This document shows positions 61,591 through 64,000 of a stretch of DNA of 64,000 nucleotides, in pieces. The notes beneath the pieces were generated by a model that saw only the letters and a list, made by a program, of their open reading frames with translations, had not been told where the DNA came from and ran no database searches. The stretch comes from Azolla caroliniana (taxonomy: Eukaryota > Plantae > Polypodiophyta), in NCBI GenBank assembly GCA_043228905.1, contig JBHGNT010000005.1, positions 9,610,001 through 9,674,000 on the forward strand, written 5' to 3'. A program made the translations under genes and the position numbers. Position 1 is the stretch's first letter, and each line of letters begins with the position of its first letter.

Positions 61591-61628
61591 TGTTGAAGAC
61601 AAGGCCGTCAATGCGGAAGATCAAGTAG
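60114..61628 (+). CDS. Gag-like protein of G3 with long acidic C-terminal extension, truncated by copia A2 (last 12 codons derive from the LTR)
   Basis: Uninterrupted 504-aa ORF; FDGGEVQIFLKAY and LLFVKSID...LED...GLTEDW align with G2 gag FNGKDVPRYLRDY and IMFLRAVD...LED...GLTKTW. Confidence 0.8.
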   Translation: MKMEEEYLMKAMSKMMMEFSREGKTRDAAQQAVESMIKRVGFFDGGEVQIFLKAYNAEMDSRGVEEAMRLEYICRVVAEPIFEEIKEIQKTHDSWVSFKEALRESYGYEEQKGRGLYEFHEWVSSRKTHQSAMHTFVEFEYRFAQLSDQDRRLVGVNKVLLFVKSIDRNERKAIGIQLEDDNGENGLTEDWAKVERVCRQHDKREMRFSSATTQPTRDIQRRMGCGNKNPPKEESSKREASTELNIEALMREAFMNLKAKVEVEEMLKTKSRKMVIDEEETSQQMQINDAANTKGRVRYDSTMGEGVKQATFSTYGGTMVKRKDEDSRAGNVALRVDEHFGTHVVSEISSNEGATMREDCVIKGCKECEFDVIEVVTTKNDIKSQMAKEESTADDHVETFPTLDLETWAVVSKSQHETQETESGGEENIEDNANNNIERKMATDEKTVTDGVEVLPIFVLETSVVVPECQRETVETEGDGKKLKDQSDDEDDVLKTRPSMRKIK

Positions 61629-64000
61629 CATTCGATTGGGGTTGAGTACCTGCGTATGACAGTTTCTAGGATCGTGCACAGAGATAGAGAGAGAGAGAGA
61701 GAGGAGGCACAAAAGACTCTTTCTATTCAATAGAAACAATAATACAACCAACCTTACAAAAAGGTTACTAGGTCACTTTATATAGTGACAAACTTAGGGC
61801 AACTACCATTTATGCTAATTACACAAATGGCCCAGACTTGAGCTATACAAAGGGATAGTGTGAATACGTCCATTATACACTTGTATTCGACACTCCCCCG
61901 TAATGGGCGTATACATGGGTTATCTAAGATTACAGGTATAAACCTAGGTTCTCGGACATATCAGTTTTGTTCGAGTCGGCAGGGTCCGAAGGCAGAAGGC
62001 CGGACTGGTCGGGTCGGAAGAGTTGAAGCCGATCATTAAGGAACTGATGTCGGTTGTCTGAAACCATCCTGCGCTGTGTCCGGCTCTAACCGGACTGGTT
62101 TGTCGTTACGCCCATCTGATGCCGAAGGGACCGAAAGCGGTCTGCCGAAAGACACTTGGTCATTCCATCTGCGACATTGTCGGTTGTGGATATTTTCTCT
62201 AGACCGATTTTCCCTGAAATGACGCAGTCCCGAACGAAGTGATATCGAACGTCGATATGTTTGGAGGCGTTGTGGTGAACCGGATTTTTCGACAAGGCAA
62301 CAGCACCTTGACTGTCGCTATAGACAACTGGGGCCGAGTCATGGTCGACTTGTCGAAACGTGCGCGCCAGCCGGCCGAGCCACAAAGCTTCTTTTGCAGC
62401 GTCGGACGCAGCTACATATTCTGCTTCGGTCGTTGAGGTCGCTGTGCACTCCTGAAGTTTCGACTTCCACGAAATTGCTCCATTGCCGAATTTGAAGCAG
62501 TATCCAGTTGTTGATTTCCGACTGTCTATACAGCCGGCGAAGTCCGAGTCGGTGTAACCGACTACGCCTGAGGTTGAGTTCGGACCGAAAAGAATGCCGT
62601 GGTCTTTTGTGCCAGCCAGATATCTGAACACATGCTTGACTGCGTTCCAATGCGATCGGCCAGGATTGTGCATAAATCTGCTAACGACTCCTACGGCATG
62701 AGAGATATCAGGCCGTGTCGCGACCATCAGGTACATAAGGGAGCCGACTGCCGGTGCATACGGTACCGACTTCATATCTTCCCCCTCCGGACCGGATGTC
62801 GGGCAGTCTCGCTGAGAGAGCCGAAGATTCATGGGGAGCGGGGTTGAAGCAGATTTGGCTGATTGCATGTTGAAGCGTTCCAAGACACGTCCGATATAGT
62901 CGGTCTGAGACAAAAAAAGATGTCGTTTATCGCGATGCCGACTAATCTTCATGCCAAGTATGTGTCGTGCCGGACCGAGGTCCTTCATGGCAAACTTCAA
63001 CCGCAATTGCCGAATGAGATCGGCAAGTTCGCCCGCGTGGCGTCCAGAAATTAGCATGTCGTCCATGTAAATGATGAGGAAGATGGGTGATCCATCTTGA
63101 GCTGTGTTGGTGAAAAGACAATGGTCCTCATCGCTTTTTGAGAAGCCGATCGATTGGATGAAGTCGTCGAACTTCTTGTACCATTGTCGCGGTGCCTGTT
63201 TGAGGCCGTATAGACTCTTCCTGAGTCGGCAGACTAGATGTTCTTGGCCAGTTGCCACGAAGCCTTTTGACTGCTCCATATAAATTTCCTCTTCAAGATC
63301 ACCATGGAGGAAGGCTGTTTTGACATCTAGCTGAATCAGCTCCAAGTTGTCGGCTGCCACTATGCCGAGTAGAAAACGAAGGGTTGTCATTTTCACCACT
63401 GGTGAAAAAATCTCGTCGAAGTCGACGCCATATTCTTGTCGGACGCCCTTCGCAACTAATCTGGCCTTGTAGTTTGGGGTGGTCGAATCAGACGTCTCTT
63501 TTAGTCGATAAACCCACTTGCAAGGAAGAGCACGTCGATTCTGAGGTAATTCGACCAGATCCCAAGTCTTGTTTGCCCGAATGGAGTGCATTTCCGACTC
63601 CATCGCCAGATGCCAGGTGGCTGAATCGACAGATGTCGATGCTTCTTCGTAAGACGTCGGTTCGCCGGCGTCGGTGAAGAAAATTCCAGGAGAATACCTC
63701 TCCGGAGGTTGCGACAGTCTCTCGGATCGTCGAGGTATGATTGGACTGGTCGTATCGGGTATCGAGGTCGGATGGTCCGAAAGCGAATTATTCTGCTGTG
63801 CCGAGTCAGAGTTGTCCGAGTCGGTAGTGTAAGGTTCAACTACCCGTGAAGCTGACCGTGTGTTAAGAGCGGGGCCTTCTTGAAGGGTCGGCACATCGGA
63901 AAATGTTACCCTTCGGACTTCGATCGGTGTTTTGACTGATGGATTCATAGCCGACTCGTTGAACACAACGTCCGAACTTCGAACGATTTGTCTGCGTTCG
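61591..64000 (-). mobile_element. Ty1/copia family A copy A2, 3' part (3' LTR 61591-61892, PPT, intact RT-RNase H ORF 62086 to beyond the window)
   Basis: Open reading frame of at least 626 aa with IIYMDDML and AISWKSKLQ; LTR homologous to other A LTRs; inserted in G3. Confidence 0.95.

Overview
Eukaryotic land-plant nuclear DNA. A fern or lycophyte origin is my inference from the retroelement types, not something demonstrated. Three intron-containing host genes are present: an SFSWAP-like SURP splicing regulator (minus, 14006-10693), a plastid-type casein kinase II alpha (plus, 44373-48898) and a small cyanobacterial-type/DUF7734-like protein (minus, 51443-50061). The rest is mostly nested LTR retrotransposons: several Ty1/copia families (labelled A-E, all with tRNA-iMet primer sites) and an unusual Ty3/gypsy lineage (labelled G), plus a hAT MITE and a foldback element. 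Target-site duplications allow the 28-kb stack between the first two genes to be reconstructed and reveal a 2.4-kb inversion between two inverted LTR copies. The gypsy lineage is the most novel system. Three of its four LTRs carry an antisense tRNA-like Pol III A/B-box module with invariant spacing. It has a tRNA-Trp primer site. All four insertion sites are 4-bp NCGN sequences inside other retroelements. Pol is predicted to be reached by a -1 frameshift after the protease (G GAU UUU UAG plus a covarying pseudoknot).
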